Virus record (IMG/VR): IMGVR_UViG_3300023218_000062
Reading direction: 5' to 3' (one strand)
Length of the DNA stretch: 64,000 bases
Source of the DNA: a virus
Lineage: Duplodnaviria > Caudoviricetes
How positions within the stretch are numbered: the stretch's first letter is position 1; every line of letters starts with the position of its first letter. Below the pieces are notes generated by a model. It made no database searches and was not told where the DNA came from. It worked only from the letters and a program-made list of their open reading frames with translations. The position numbers and the translations under genes are program-made. Below, in pieces: positions 9,809 through 19,356 of this stretch.

Positions 9809-11191
9809 ATGAATGATACTATCCTAATAGGAAAAGGCGACGAATCCCAAGTACATTTGCTTGGCAAGTATGCTAATCGTCATGGTCTAGTTGCTGGCGC
9901 TACAGGTACTGGCAAGACGGTAACCCTGATGATGTTGGCCGAAGGTTTTTCCCGTATGGGAGTACCGGTATTCATGGCTGACGTTAAGGGTGATATGGCA
10001 GGTTTGGCAATGCAAGGTGAGGATAATCAAAAGATTCGTGGCCGTGCTGAAAAAATTGGTCTTGATGCTTTTGACTTTTCAAGTAATCCGGTATCCTTTT
10101 GGGATTTATGGGATAAGATTGGTAATCCTATCCGAACAAGCGTAGAAAGCATCGGTGCGACATTGATGGCAAGAATGCTTGATGTTAGTGATGCTCAAGA
10201 GGGTGTACTTGATGTTGTATATCATTATGCAAGAGAACGTGGTATGCCCTTTGAGACTCTCACAGATTTTCGTAAACTGTTGAGTCATATGGCGCAGAAT
10301 CGTGAGTCTATCAGTACCGAATATGGACTAATAAGCGCCAATAGTATCGGAGTCATCCAGCGTCGATTACTCACACTGGAAAATGATGGCATTGATAATT
10401 TCTTTGGTACTCCTGCATTAGAGTTGTCTGATTTCATGCGTGAACAAAATGGCAAGGGTGTTATCAATATTCTTTCTGCTGAAAGTCTTATACTTCGGCC
10501 TAGAATGTATTCCACCTTTTTGCTTTGGTTATTGTCAGAGTTATTCGATAAGATGCCAGAAATTGGTGATGTTGACAAGCCTAGGTTGGTATTCTTTTTT
10601 GATGAAGCTCACTTGTTGTTCGATGATTGCTCGGGTGCATTGCTTCGCAGAGTTGAACAGGTAGTAAGATTGATCCGTTCCAAGGGTGTAGGCGTATACT
10701 TTTGTTCGCAGAACCCTGACGATATACCTGAGACTGTCTTAGGACAGCTTGGCAACCGTGTTCAACATGCACTAAGGGCATTCACTCCAAGAGATCAAAA
10801 AGCCGTTAGAGCGGCTGCTGAGACGTTTGTGGATAATCCTAATATCAATGTTAGTGATATTATTACTCGTTTGGGTGTAGGTGAAGCATTAACATCGATG
10901 TTGGATGACAAGGGTATTCCGCAACCAGTCCAGCGTACAATTATTTCACCGCCACAATGCCGTATCGGTTCTATCACTGATGACGAAAGGATGACTATCG
11001 TTAATAATGATTCATTACAGGAAAAATATGCAAAGTCTGAACCTGAACCGGAGCCAATAATTGAACGTGATACAAATGATTATGTGGAACCCGAACCCGA
11101 ACCCGACCCCGAACCCGAACCTGAACCTGAAAGTTTCGGTACAAGGTTCAAGAGAGAATTTTTGAATATACTCTTGTTTCGCAGAACATAA
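9809..11191 (+). CDS. yjgR: DUF853/YjgR HerA-FtsK-family ATPase
   Basis: ANRHGLVAGATGTGKTVTL (Walker A), VPVFMADVKGD, FFFDEAHLLF (Walker B), LIRSKGVGVYF, QLGNRVQHALRAFTPRDQKAV; C-terminal (PE)n tail. Promoter TTGACA-N17-GATACT at 9774-9802. Confidence 0.92.
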   Translation: MNDTILIGKGDESQVHLLGKYANRHGLVAGATGTGKTVTLMMLAEGFSRMGVPVFMADVKGDMAGLAMQGEDNQKIRGRAEKIGLDAFDFSSNPVSFWDLWDKIGNPIRTSVESIGATLMARMLDVSDAQEGVLDVVYHYARERGMPFETLTDFRKLLSHMAQNRESISTEYGLISANSIGVIQRRLLTLENDGIDNFFGTPALELSDFMREQNGKGVINILSAESLILRPRMYSTFLLWLLSELFDKMPEIGDVDKPRLVFFFDEAHLLFDDCSGALLRRVEQVVRLIRSKGVGVYFCSQNPDDIPETVLGQLGNRVQHALRAFTPRDQKAVRAAAETFVDNPNINVSDIITRLGVGEALTSMLDDKGIPQPVQRTIISPPQCRIGSITDDERMTIVNNDSLQEKYAKSEPEPEPIIERDTNDYVEPEPEPDPEPEPEPESFGTRFKREFLNILLFRRT

Positions 11192-11564
11192 TAGCGCACA
11201 ATATCATTTATGGACAAACATACAGAACAATTATTGGATGAACTCGATTCTGCTGTATTTTCTAGTGATACGTTCCTTGATAAGGAATCATTAGAAAGGT
11301 TGCAGTATTATGTAAATCGCTGGCAGCGGGAAAGTCAAAACATTCAAACTTTCTTAGAACAATGGGATGAGGAGGAATAACACAATGATAGATACACTTG
11401 AATTCTTGGCACTGACAATTGAACAGGAAGCAATTAATGCAACACCGTCTATCGCTAATGAAGATTATGATTCTCGTATTGAGAGAATAGAAAGACGTAA
11501 GGAACAAATGATTAGAAATATTGTCTAAAAAAGTCTTGACAATCCTTGATAAATAGTTTAGACT

Positions 11565-11810
11565 GTAGTTGTGATGATAAATCACGTTTGCAAATACCGA
11601 TGACAAAAACGGTGGACAAGAGTACATCGTGGGGCAACCCTACAGTATCGGCCATGCTGATCCGGTGATGGTGACAAAGATATTGTGAGTCGGACGCCAA
11701 GCGACCGGCCCAAAAAAATTCTCGTTAATAGACTACAAGACTGGTCCTCGCATGACCGTCCCGATGAGTAAGAGCAAAGGTCGTTAATTGATTTGCCACC
11801 AGTCTTGTTT
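11565..11810 (+). ncRNA. Candidate structured ncRNA A
   Basis: No plausible ORF; promoter TTGACA(11536)-N17-TAGACT. Stems: GTGAT/ATCAC, CGGTG/CATCG, GGG-GCAA-CCC, GTCG/CGAC, and a 10-bp CAAGACTGGT/ACCAGTCTTG followed by a T-run. Confidence 0.6.
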
Positions 11811-12076
11811 TTTAAACATATAAAGAAGAAAAAATGGGCGGTATATCAGCACCTATAAAAAGCTGGGGATGGACAGCCCCTTAAATGATATATTAACCCT
11901 TTTTTCTTTTCACCTATAGGAGAAAAGGTCCGGTTATTCGGGACTTTTATTTTTCCTACTCTAGAGCCTTTACCATAGATTGAACCTATTGTCAAGAAAA
12001 TTAATTATAAAATTTTTCTTGATTTCTAAATAGAAGTTCGGTAGAATGCACTAAATCGAATAAGAATGGAAATCAA

Positions 12077-12244
12077 ATGAACACGTACAAGAAGATTTCT
12101 CTTTATGGTCCGGGTGGTCGTAACTGTACTTGCTGTGGTCCTGCCCCTAAGCATCGGAAGAAGCATGATCGTATGATTAAGCGTCGTGAGCAGCAGAACG
12201 CTAAGAAGAAGATTGAACGAGAAGTGATGGATGTAAATCTCTAA
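12077..12244 (+). CDS. 55-aa basic, Cys-containing peptide (below the ORF-track cutoff)
   Basis: MNTYKKISLYGPGGRNCTCCGPAPKHRKKHDRMIKRREQQNAKKKIEREVMDVNL; promoter TTGATT-N17-TAGAAT upstream. Confidence 0.7.
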   Translation: MNTYKKISLYGPGGRNCTCCGPAPKHRKKHDRMIKRREQQNAKKKIEREVMDVNL

Positions 12245-12289
12245 AAACCGCTTGACATATATGTTTTTTCAGATATAATACTAAGTATA

Positions 12290-12530
12290 AATAAAGTAGT
12301 TCCTGAGCGTCAGAGGGAAAACGGTGTATGAGATCATCGTGGGGAAAACCCTATAGGCCAAATTTGGAAGACTTAAAATAAAACTCATGAAGAACAAATT
12401 AGACGCAGAATTAGAAACTCTGCAACGATACAGGGTCCGGAGGTAATGCCGGTTAGAATGATAGGATAGCGCCTATCACGTTGCCCCGCTAGGTAATTGT
12501 CAATCCCTAGCCTAGTTTGTTCAATTTTAA
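12290..12530 (+). ncRNA. Candidate structured ncRNA B (shares a core with A), directly upstream of tRNA-Lys
   Basis: Promoter TTGACA(12252)...TATAAT(12274). Core AAAACGGTG..CATCGTGGGGAAAACCCTATAGGCCA (12318-12360). Three-way junction GCAACG/CGTTGC enclosing CCGG/CCGG and GATAGG/CCTATC; further stem GCTAGG/CCTAGC. Confidence 0.6.
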
Positions 12531-12535
12531 TCTCT

Positions 12536-12612
12536 GGGTCTGTGGCGCAATTGGTTAGCGCAGTGGACTTTTAATCCATTGGTTGTGAGTTCGAGTCTCA
12601 CCAGACCCACCA
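12536..12612 (+). tRNA. tRNA-Lys(UUU)
   Basis: GGGTCTG acceptor / CAGACCC, anticodon arm GTGGA-CT-TTT-AA-TCCAT, T-arm GTGAG-TTCGAGT-CTCAC, encoded CCA. Confidence 0.96.
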
Positions 12613-12759
12613 ATTTTAATACATAGAAAGTTCATTGGAGGAAAAAATGGACAACCGAGAAGGGGGTGATGAACTTCATGTATATAATGTAAAAGCGGTG
12701 GATGCAATTAAACCGAATTAACGCTTGACAAATGGAATGAGATATGTATAATAGGTTGC

Positions 12760-13420
12760 AAGTGGTCGTTTCAGAGTGAAGGTTCGACACCCTAACCGAA
12801 TAGTTAATCGGCACCTGTTTAACGATTACTTCATGTTTCCAGCCCGATCTAAATATCGGATATGAAACATAAAGAGGCCCAAAGCTGAAAAGGCAACACA
12901 CCTAGAGTGTGCGGTAGAGCCTAAGCTACCTCCGAGGCGGGAATTTTTTAATATTTGGTTGGTTCATCAAGAACACCTTATAATTCGTTACACCGACCAA
13001 AGTTTTTGACTGTAAGTAGTGATGAAATCTTATAGTCTTATCTTCAACAAGCCGTAATTCAATCGGGCTTTGTACTTGAGATTGAACGAGATATTGCTGG
13101 CTGTAGGGTAATATCATCACGTATCTACAGGGCGAGGCTGCCGTCTTAGCAGTCAACATATAGTCTCAGTCTCGCAGAGACTTTATAAAACACAGTGAGC
13201 GCGAGATTAACTGGAAAACGATAACTGGCAGGTTGGGAGAGCGACCCAATGCCCTTGGCGACAAGGCAGCGTAGTGTGACCGGTTTTTGTAGATAACGTG
13301 CAAACCTTGTTCTAGACGAGTTAGGCTAGGAGACGAGAAACTCCGAAAAATCAAATTCAGGGCACATAGCAAGGGCGCTTGTAGCAGTCTGTGAAGCGCG
13401 GCCCGCGTGGAGACTGCTAT
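12760..13420 (+). ncRNA. Candidate large ornate ncRNA (~660 nt; GOLLD/ROOL-like size and context, family not determined)
   Basis: Own promoter TTGACA(12725)...TATAAT(12747), no credible sense ORF, more than 12 stems including GNRA-capped CCTTG-GCGA-CAAGG, a possible pseudoknot, and a closing TAGCAGTCT/AGACTGCTA; lies next to a tRNA. Confidence 0.72.
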
Positions 13421-13461
13421 TTCAATTTCAATGATACTGTATTTTAAGAGGGTGGTGGAAT

Positions 13462-14056
13462 ATGAAATCAATTGAAGAATGGAGCGCAACACGTTGGATT
13501 TTTACCGCAATGGCATCTATCATCTGCCGGATTGATCGGTGAAAAGGTGGTGGAGAGAGAAGTATTTGAAAATAGTTTTCAATATAATGAAGCACGAAAG
13601 ACCGCCATCGCTACATATGAAGCACAGTTGACTGAAATTAATTCCCAACTTCGAAACAACAATCTTTCAGAACGTGAAAGAAGCAATCTACGCTACTCAT
13701 AGTGTATGGCGCAGTAATCATGGAATGGTTGAAGGTGATTGTCCGTCTATTGGATATGGCATTCTGTATGATACTTCTTTGACCAATCCACAGCGAGCTA
13801 CGGCTCAAGCGGCTGACAAACGATACCTTCTGAATCTCTAGCCACAATTGAACAAGCTGAACCTAATGGTATCTTCGCCAGTAAGAATACGGCAGCTACG
13901 TGGGTATTCTGTGTGGGTAGCGCGGGATCGTTAAATCCAGTATACGTTGAAACCAAGGTTACTGCATATCCGTATTATCCAGTTAATGTTGATTATGAGA
14001 CCAACAGGGTTACTCAAGCTGGTGAATCGAATGTTAATGTGACGGTTAACCGCTAG
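13462..14056 (+). pseudogene. Disrupted/fused remnants of probably two adjacent phage genes
   Basis: RBS + ATG at 13462, then protein-like segments in alternating frames: LSSAGLIGEKVVEREVFENSFQY..., THSVWRSNHGMVEGDCPSIGYG..., and SLATIEQAEPNGIFASKNTAATWVFC...VNR*. Confidence 0.55.
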
Positions 14057-14086
14057 ATCAATTGAACGGTAGTCAATATAATAATG

Positions 14087-14116
14087 AAACAGGGGGCTAG
14101 CCCCCTGTTTCTTTTT
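14087..14116 (+). terminator. Intrinsic terminator
   Basis: AAACAGGGGG-CTAG-CCCCCTGTTT followed by CTTTTT. Confidence 0.8.
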
Positions 14117-14170
14117 CGACATAATGTAAGTTTTTCTTGACATTTACGAAAATGATGGTATATTGAAACC

Positions 14171-14974
14171 ATGATGACACTAATCAAAAACCGAGAAATG
14201 TACGATACTTTCGTTAAATTCCTTCCAGAGTTGGAGCGTGACGAAGTATATTTTCTTTCATTGTCAGCACGTAATAAGTATCTGACCGAAGATGAACGTG
14301 AAGCCTATTCTCTCAGCAGAACTGAAATGTTTTCCCGCCATATTGCACATGATAAGGAAGGCATCGAATACGCTATCAAGAAGATGGAAGCCGAACTAGA
14401 AGTAAAGACTACTCGTAGTGGTCATCGTATTCCAGAGAAAGCATTGGTAGTATACTTTAATATTCATCCTTCTTCAATGACCAGAGCGTATACTTCATTC
14501 AAAGATCAAATGAACGCACATTACGATGAAATCGTTAAATCATTGATGAAGGGCTCGAATCCACATTACCATCCATTCTTAGGAATGCGTACTAAGTTGA
14601 TGAATCATATACAAAAATCCTCTTCAAGAAAGGAATGGGTGGATATAGATATTGATATTGATGCACTTGATGAAGAAACCGCATTGCGATATTCTGCATC
14701 GATAGCTAATCCTTTATTCATGCATTCTATCAATAATGTAAGAATCAAGACTCAGGGTGGTGTTCATCTTTTAGTGAAACGGAGCGATCTTAACACGAAA
14801 CCGATGAATATTCCATTGCATAAACTGATAGGAAACATTCATAAAGAACTCAAAGGGCTTGGCGGGGAATGTAAATTTAACAACAACGCCATGGTACCAT
14901 TACCGGGAACTAATCAAGCTGGTAAATTGGTAGTTATTCATGATACAACTCTTGACAATTTAGTTTTAATTTGA
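14171..14974 (+). CDS. Hypothetical protein, possibly AEP/PrimPol-like
   Basis: Own promoter (TTGACA 14137). WVDIDID (DxD) followed by KTQGGVHLLV (GxH) matches the spacing of AEP motifs I/II. Confidence 0.4.
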   Translation: MMTLIKNREMYDTFVKFLPELERDEVYFLSLSARNKYLTEDEREAYSLSRTEMFSRHIAHDKEGIEYAIKKMEAELEVKTTRSGHRIPEKALVVYFNIHPSSMTRAYTSFKDQMNAHYDEIVKSLMKGSNPHYHPFLGMRTKLMNHIQKSSSRKEWVDIDIDIDALDEETALRYSASIANPLFMHSINNVRIKTQGGVHLLVKRSDLNTKPMNIPLHKLIGNIHKELKGLGGECKFNNNAMVPLPGTNQAGKLVVIHDTTLDNLVLI

Positions 14975-15011
14975 TATGATTTGGTTTTACAATATACAAA
15001 CAGGAAAGTAA

Positions 15012-15493
15012 ATGAGTGCTGGAACACACTATTCACTAGCATTTGATTTAAATAAAATGCAAGCGCTATGTAAAGAAGCAGCGTATAAATTAAATACATA
15101 TCAAAAAGAAAATAAGTGTGATATTGTTTTCATTTATTCTGGAATGTCCGGGATAGCTACAGCAACAGCATTAGCTCATTATTTATATTGCGATTATGAT
15201 ATTGTTGCGCATATGATCTATGTACGTAAAGAAAATGATAACAATCATAACGACTCAATAGTTGAATGGAGCGAGAATAGCCAAAGATATAATAAAGCTG
15301 CTATTTTTTTATTGATGACCTTATTGAAAGTGGAAATACATTTAATCGTACACGAAATTATGCAAGCAGGGCACAATTTATAAAAGCGAAAAAACTTACT
15401 AATAAACATATTGGAACAATTCTTATTGAATTTGATTTAATGTTTAAAATTCCTCAAAAACATGTAATACTTGATAATTATAACCGAGGATAG
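15012..15493 (+). CDS. Type I phosphoribosyltransferase-fold protein (frameshift at T7 run 15304-15310)
   Basis: Shifting frame in the T-run gives IDDLIESGNTF, a PRPP-binding-loop motif. Upstream are SGMSGIATA and YVRKE; the frame ends at TAG 15491-15493. Confidence 0.6.
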
Positions 15494-15497
15494 ATAG

Positions 15498-15916
15498 ATG
15501 TTTGACGAAAGAACTTTTTATGGTAATATTGTTACAGTGCATGTTAGAATTAACAATATCGTGAATGTTAAACATAACATATATGATTATGAGCACGAAA
15601 TCTCGTTAAATGATGCTATCAAAGAGGGTAAAATTTGCAGTGAGGATAATACAAAACAATATTATTTTTCCTCACCTATAATAGAATGGCTGAAAACTTT
15701 TAAATAACGGAAAAGCTTATGAAAGAATATGGATATACACTGTATACAAATACAGGTGAAAAAATTAGAGGAACAGTGTCATGCAAAAACGAACAAATTG
15801 CAAATGGTACTGTAAAGAGTATCAAGAATGCTCGCCAAGATGTTGAATTTGCTACCATTGATAGTCTTGATGTACCTTGTGATTATGATTGGGATGAAGA
15901 TTGTAAGGCATGGTAG
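15498..15916 (+). CDS. Two small hypothetical ORFs (15498-15707, 15719-15916)
   Basis: Co-oriented and closely spaced, with an RBS-like GAGG upstream. Confidence 0.5.
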
Positions 15917-15994
15917 TCAAGAATATTTTAATAACTACTTGACAAAACTCAAATTTAAAGGTATAGTTAAAAAATCACATAATACAACATAGGA

Positions 15995-16708
15995 GTGATG
16001 AAAATGCAAACACAAACACTAGAAACACTAAAAAATCATGGTTTAACTATCAACGAAAATGAACTGGATTCCGAGGATTTGGTTTCTCAGTTGGGTAGTA
16101 TGGATGTAGGTGATCTGTGGACTATTGTAGAAGAACTTAGCGGTGATGAAGCCATCAGAATTGATGATAATGAACAAGTGCAAAGTTTGGCACTAAGTTA
16201 TGCTCTAGTTGATGCCTTTGAAAATGATCTTGATCAAATCAGTCAGGCTGAAATTGATGCTGCGATACAGAAGGCTACAGAATCTACTAATAAGCTAACA
16301 GATAATATGCCCGAAAAAGAAGATGAAGCTGAAACTGAACCCAACGAAACCCAAGTTGGGGTCAAGACTAATCGAAAGACTCTTGTCAAAAGTTTGGTAG
16401 AAGAAAACCCTGATGCATTAGCGGATGAAATTGTGGACATGGCAGCGGAAGCTGATCCTGATATGAATACAACAACCGCCAAACAGTATTACTATAACGC
16501 CCGAAAGGAACTAGGATTGAAAGCTGTTGGAAAATGTGGTCGTAAGCCGTCCGATACTATGGACCGCATTAAGGCCATACTGGATGGCAACCTTGATGTT
16601 CCCAAATCTGAAATGGTTGAAAAAATTGTATCAGAAATTGGCGTCAAGGAAGGTACAGCATCTACGTATTATTCCAAGGCTAAAAAGCAGTTGAAACAAA
16701 ACGCATAA
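15995..16708 (+). CDS. Acidic N-terminus + tandem HTH-like protein (paralog of 23119..23853)
   Basis: Promoter TTGACA(15939)-N17-TATAGT and AGGAG RBS. Repeated motif [AT]A..YY.[NK]A[RK]K.L shared with 23119..23853. Confidence 0.8.
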   Translation: MMKMQTQTLETLKNHGLTINENELDSEDLVSQLGSMDVGDLWTIVEELSGDEAIRIDDNEQVQSLALSYALVDAFENDLDQISQAEIDAAIQKATESTNKLTDNMPEKEDEAETEPNETQVGVKTNRKTLVKSLVEENPDALADEIVDMAAEADPDMNTTTAKQYYYNARKELGLKAVGKCGRKPSDTMDRIKAILDGNLDVPKSEMVEKIVSEIGVKEGTASTYYSKAKKQLKQNA

Positions 16709-16726
16709 AACCAAAAGGATAATTAA

Positions 16727-16921
16727 ATGAGAAAGAATTTTCCGGAACGTAAAAAAGCTCGTCGCCGTCAGGCTCTTGAACAAGTAAATGCACGCATCAA
16801 GCGTGGCGGAAAGGCTGCTAACCCTGATGAACGTGAAAGTAAGGGCATCACGGGGAACAAGGAAGCGCAACGTCTTGAACAGGCTAAGTATGAAAAAGCT
16901 CTACTAGAAAAAAGAGTTTAA
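16727..16921 (+). CDS. Small basic hypothetical protein
   Basis: AAAGGA RBS; K/R-rich 64 aa. Confidence 0.65.
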   Translation: MRKNFPERKKARRRQALEQVNARIKRGGKAANPDERESKGITGNKEAQRLEQAKYEKALLEKRV

Positions 16922-18783
16922 TGGAATCATACTTAATAGCATTATGGAAGGAACTTGACCCATTGCGCAATATTTGACTTTCAAGCTCTGGTTGGGTATA
17001 ATTATCCTAATGGGAGCAATTTCTGCCTACCGTTGAAGATAGCGTTCTTGTAGGTAGTGCATGGAATATTATATGTATTGCGGGGAATATGTCTTATGAA
17101 GAACAGAATAACACATTGAAATTAATTAAGGGGTTTTCGATCAAGGATGGTGCGGATTATATCCTCCAACATATCATTCCAATGATCGAAAAGAAAATGA
17201 AAAGATAATGACAACATGATATAGATTATCATGTTGATAAGCCTAAAACTGATTATATACATGTTTTTGATGAGTATCGTGGTACGGGTCTTGCTGAACA
17301 ATTGCATTATCGTGCTGCAAAATGGATGCAATGTTTTATTGATGATGATTTGGTAAGAACTAAAAAACTCAACGGGCACACTTTTAATTATCTTGATGTG
17401 TCCAAGAACTTACGGCTTGACAGCGTAGCTTAATGACATTAAACTGCTGGAACTCTTTTAAGGAATCTCTCATGAACGAAATGCGAAAGATTGAAGTGTC
17501 CAAGGGAAAATACATTCTTTACAATGATACTTTTTTTGTTAAATCATGCGGCAAACATATTGTATGGACTTCTGCAAGACAGAATGCATATATGTTCGAT
17601 TCAAACATTCAAGTAGAAGATTGCCTTGAAAAAATAAACAAATTTCTTCGTAATAGCACTTGACAGACATGAATTTTTCTGTATAATGGTTCACATGGTC
17701 ATCGGGACCAGACATTAACCCTTCAATCAGGAGAACATAAAGTGAGTAATCGTACTCGGGAATACACTCTGGAAGTCTATCGCAACAAGCGCTATCGTAC
17801 CGTTCATGCTTCTCGCAAGATTTCACAATGTCTCAAGCGAGTGTGGAGCATGTATGACCGTTGCCGTATTCGCCTGAATGGTGAACAGGTGGTTCATCAG
17901 TTTCCTGCCTGTCAGTAAACATCAACTCAAAATTGTGGGGAAGGAACTTCCTTCCCCACACTAATCAATTAAAGGTTGTAAGTATATGAATCTCCACGAA
18001 AAAATCACACATATAAATAAATTGGCAGAAGATTTTGGGCTGACAGTCAAATTCGATTCGGAATTCAAGAAACTGTTCATCTATAATCCTACTCCGGGTC
18101 GCCAGCGTATCAAGGCTATCACAGATTTGTCGTTGGAATCTGTTAAAGAATCTCTCTTTTGGGTTGCATCATCATCCAAGGCATGATATACTAATGTTTT
18201 CATTCCATAAAGGTTCTAACACAATGCAGACAAGTTTTGATGTTTACCAAAACGGAAAACTGATTCACGTTCTACAATTTAACTACGATGTGAGTCCACA
18301 AAAAATCAAACAGGATATGGGAGAACGCGATGGATTTCAAGGACCATTGTTAGTCGTAAAAAAGCCAATGCTTAAAGTGAAATAACACTTGTCAAGCTAC
18401 TTTGAAACTTCTCAGTATGGAGAATGTTCTTAATTTCAAAACATAGGAATATACCGCATGATTACTAAGCAACAGAATGAAATGATTAGAGAGTTACGTG
18501 ACAGTGGATGCGCGGTCATTATTTTTCCGCTAGAAGACCTGAAGGGTGTTGACCCTGAATTAATTGAAGAAGCGCTAATAGTTGAAGGTAACATTATTAT
18601 TGAGAAATTGTCTCAAGAATGATAGGTAACTACTTGTCTAAAAAGGAAAAATGGACTCTCGCAATTCTTTATATGATAGTAATTATAGAGTTTACAGTTG
18701 TCATATACATGGCATCCAATCAATAATAATTTAAATAGTGGTTGCATTATTTGAATTTTTCTATATAATAGATTTCACATTCA

Positions 18784-19308
18784 TTGATAGGAGAGTATTT
18801 GATGCATACCATTTATGAAGCACGGCAAGAAGTTGAAAAGTGTCTTGAACGTGCAAAGGAACTCTTTGGTTTCAACGCGGATGTTGACATTTCTTTTGAC
18901 AAACGTGGTCGTATTGCTGGAATGGCACATAACTCGCCTAATGGATATGCTTTGAAATTCAATCATCAATTGCTCGAAAACGAACATTGGGGAGAATTGA
19001 TTGATGAAACGATTCCCCATGAGGTAGCGCATATTGTATGCTACTTTAATCCTACTCTTGGTAAGAATCATGACCAAGGCTGGCGTAGAGTATGCAGAAT
19101 GTTGGGTGGTCGTGGTGATCGTACTCATAATATGCCGCTCAAACGTGCTCGGGTGACTCGTAAGGCACTCTATGAGATCAATGGCAAGACTGTTCATGTT
19201 GGTCTTACTGTGCATCGTAGAATCCAACAGGGAAGGGCTTACAATATGCGTAGTGCTGGCAGAATACATCCTACTGACTTCACTGGACAGATTATAAAAA
19301 TGAAATAA
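18784..19308 (+). CDS. sprT: SprT-like zinc metalloprotease
   Basis: RGRIAGMA, TIPHEVAHIV (HExxH), NHDQGWRRVCRMLG. Shared early leader CACATTCATTGATAGGAG upstream. Confidence 0.88.
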   Translation: MIGEYLMHTIYEARQEVEKCLERAKELFGFNADVDISFDKRGRIAGMAHNSPNGYALKFNHQLLENEHWGELIDETIPHEVAHIVCYFNPTLGKNHDQGWRRVCRMLGGRGDRTHNMPLKRARVTRKALYEINGKTVHVGLTVHRRIQQGRAYNMRSAGRIHPTDFTGQIIKMK

Positions 19309-19311
19309 GAC

Positions 19312-19356
19312 TTGACAAAACCCTCGATAGTTGATACTATTATAACTATCGAGGGT
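19312..19356 (+). promoter_or_regulatory. Sigma70 promoter overlapped by a 13-bp perfect inverted repeat (operator/terminator-like)
   Basis: TTGACA(19312)-N17-TACTAT(19335); ACCCTCGATAGTT (19320-19332) / AACTATCGAGGGT (19344-19356). Confidence 0.7.

Noticed and set aside
11596-11790. Hammerhead or HDV/theta ribozyme in ncRNA A (CCGATGA..AAA; TCCTCGC)
   Set aside because: Core deviates (CCGAUGA not CUGANGA, no GAAA, G at the cleavage position, no stem I), and HDV P1/P3 pairing cannot be built.
12290-13420. tmRNA, RNase P or group I/II intron identity for the ncRNA island
   Set aside because: No GGGGC..tRNA-Ala-like/CCA ends, no GAGGAAAGUCC RNase P motif, no GUGCG or group I P7 core recognised, and no interrupted host gene.
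12632-13492. Minus-strand ORFs 12632-12901, 12926-13159 and 13166-13492
   Set aside because: No RBS or promoter and non-protein-like composition; they are antisense shadows of the structured RNA region.
17161-17340. GNAT acetyltransferase fragment (HVFDEYRGTGLAEQL)
   Set aside because: Only a short motif-A-like stretch in a broken frame; too little to call a gene.
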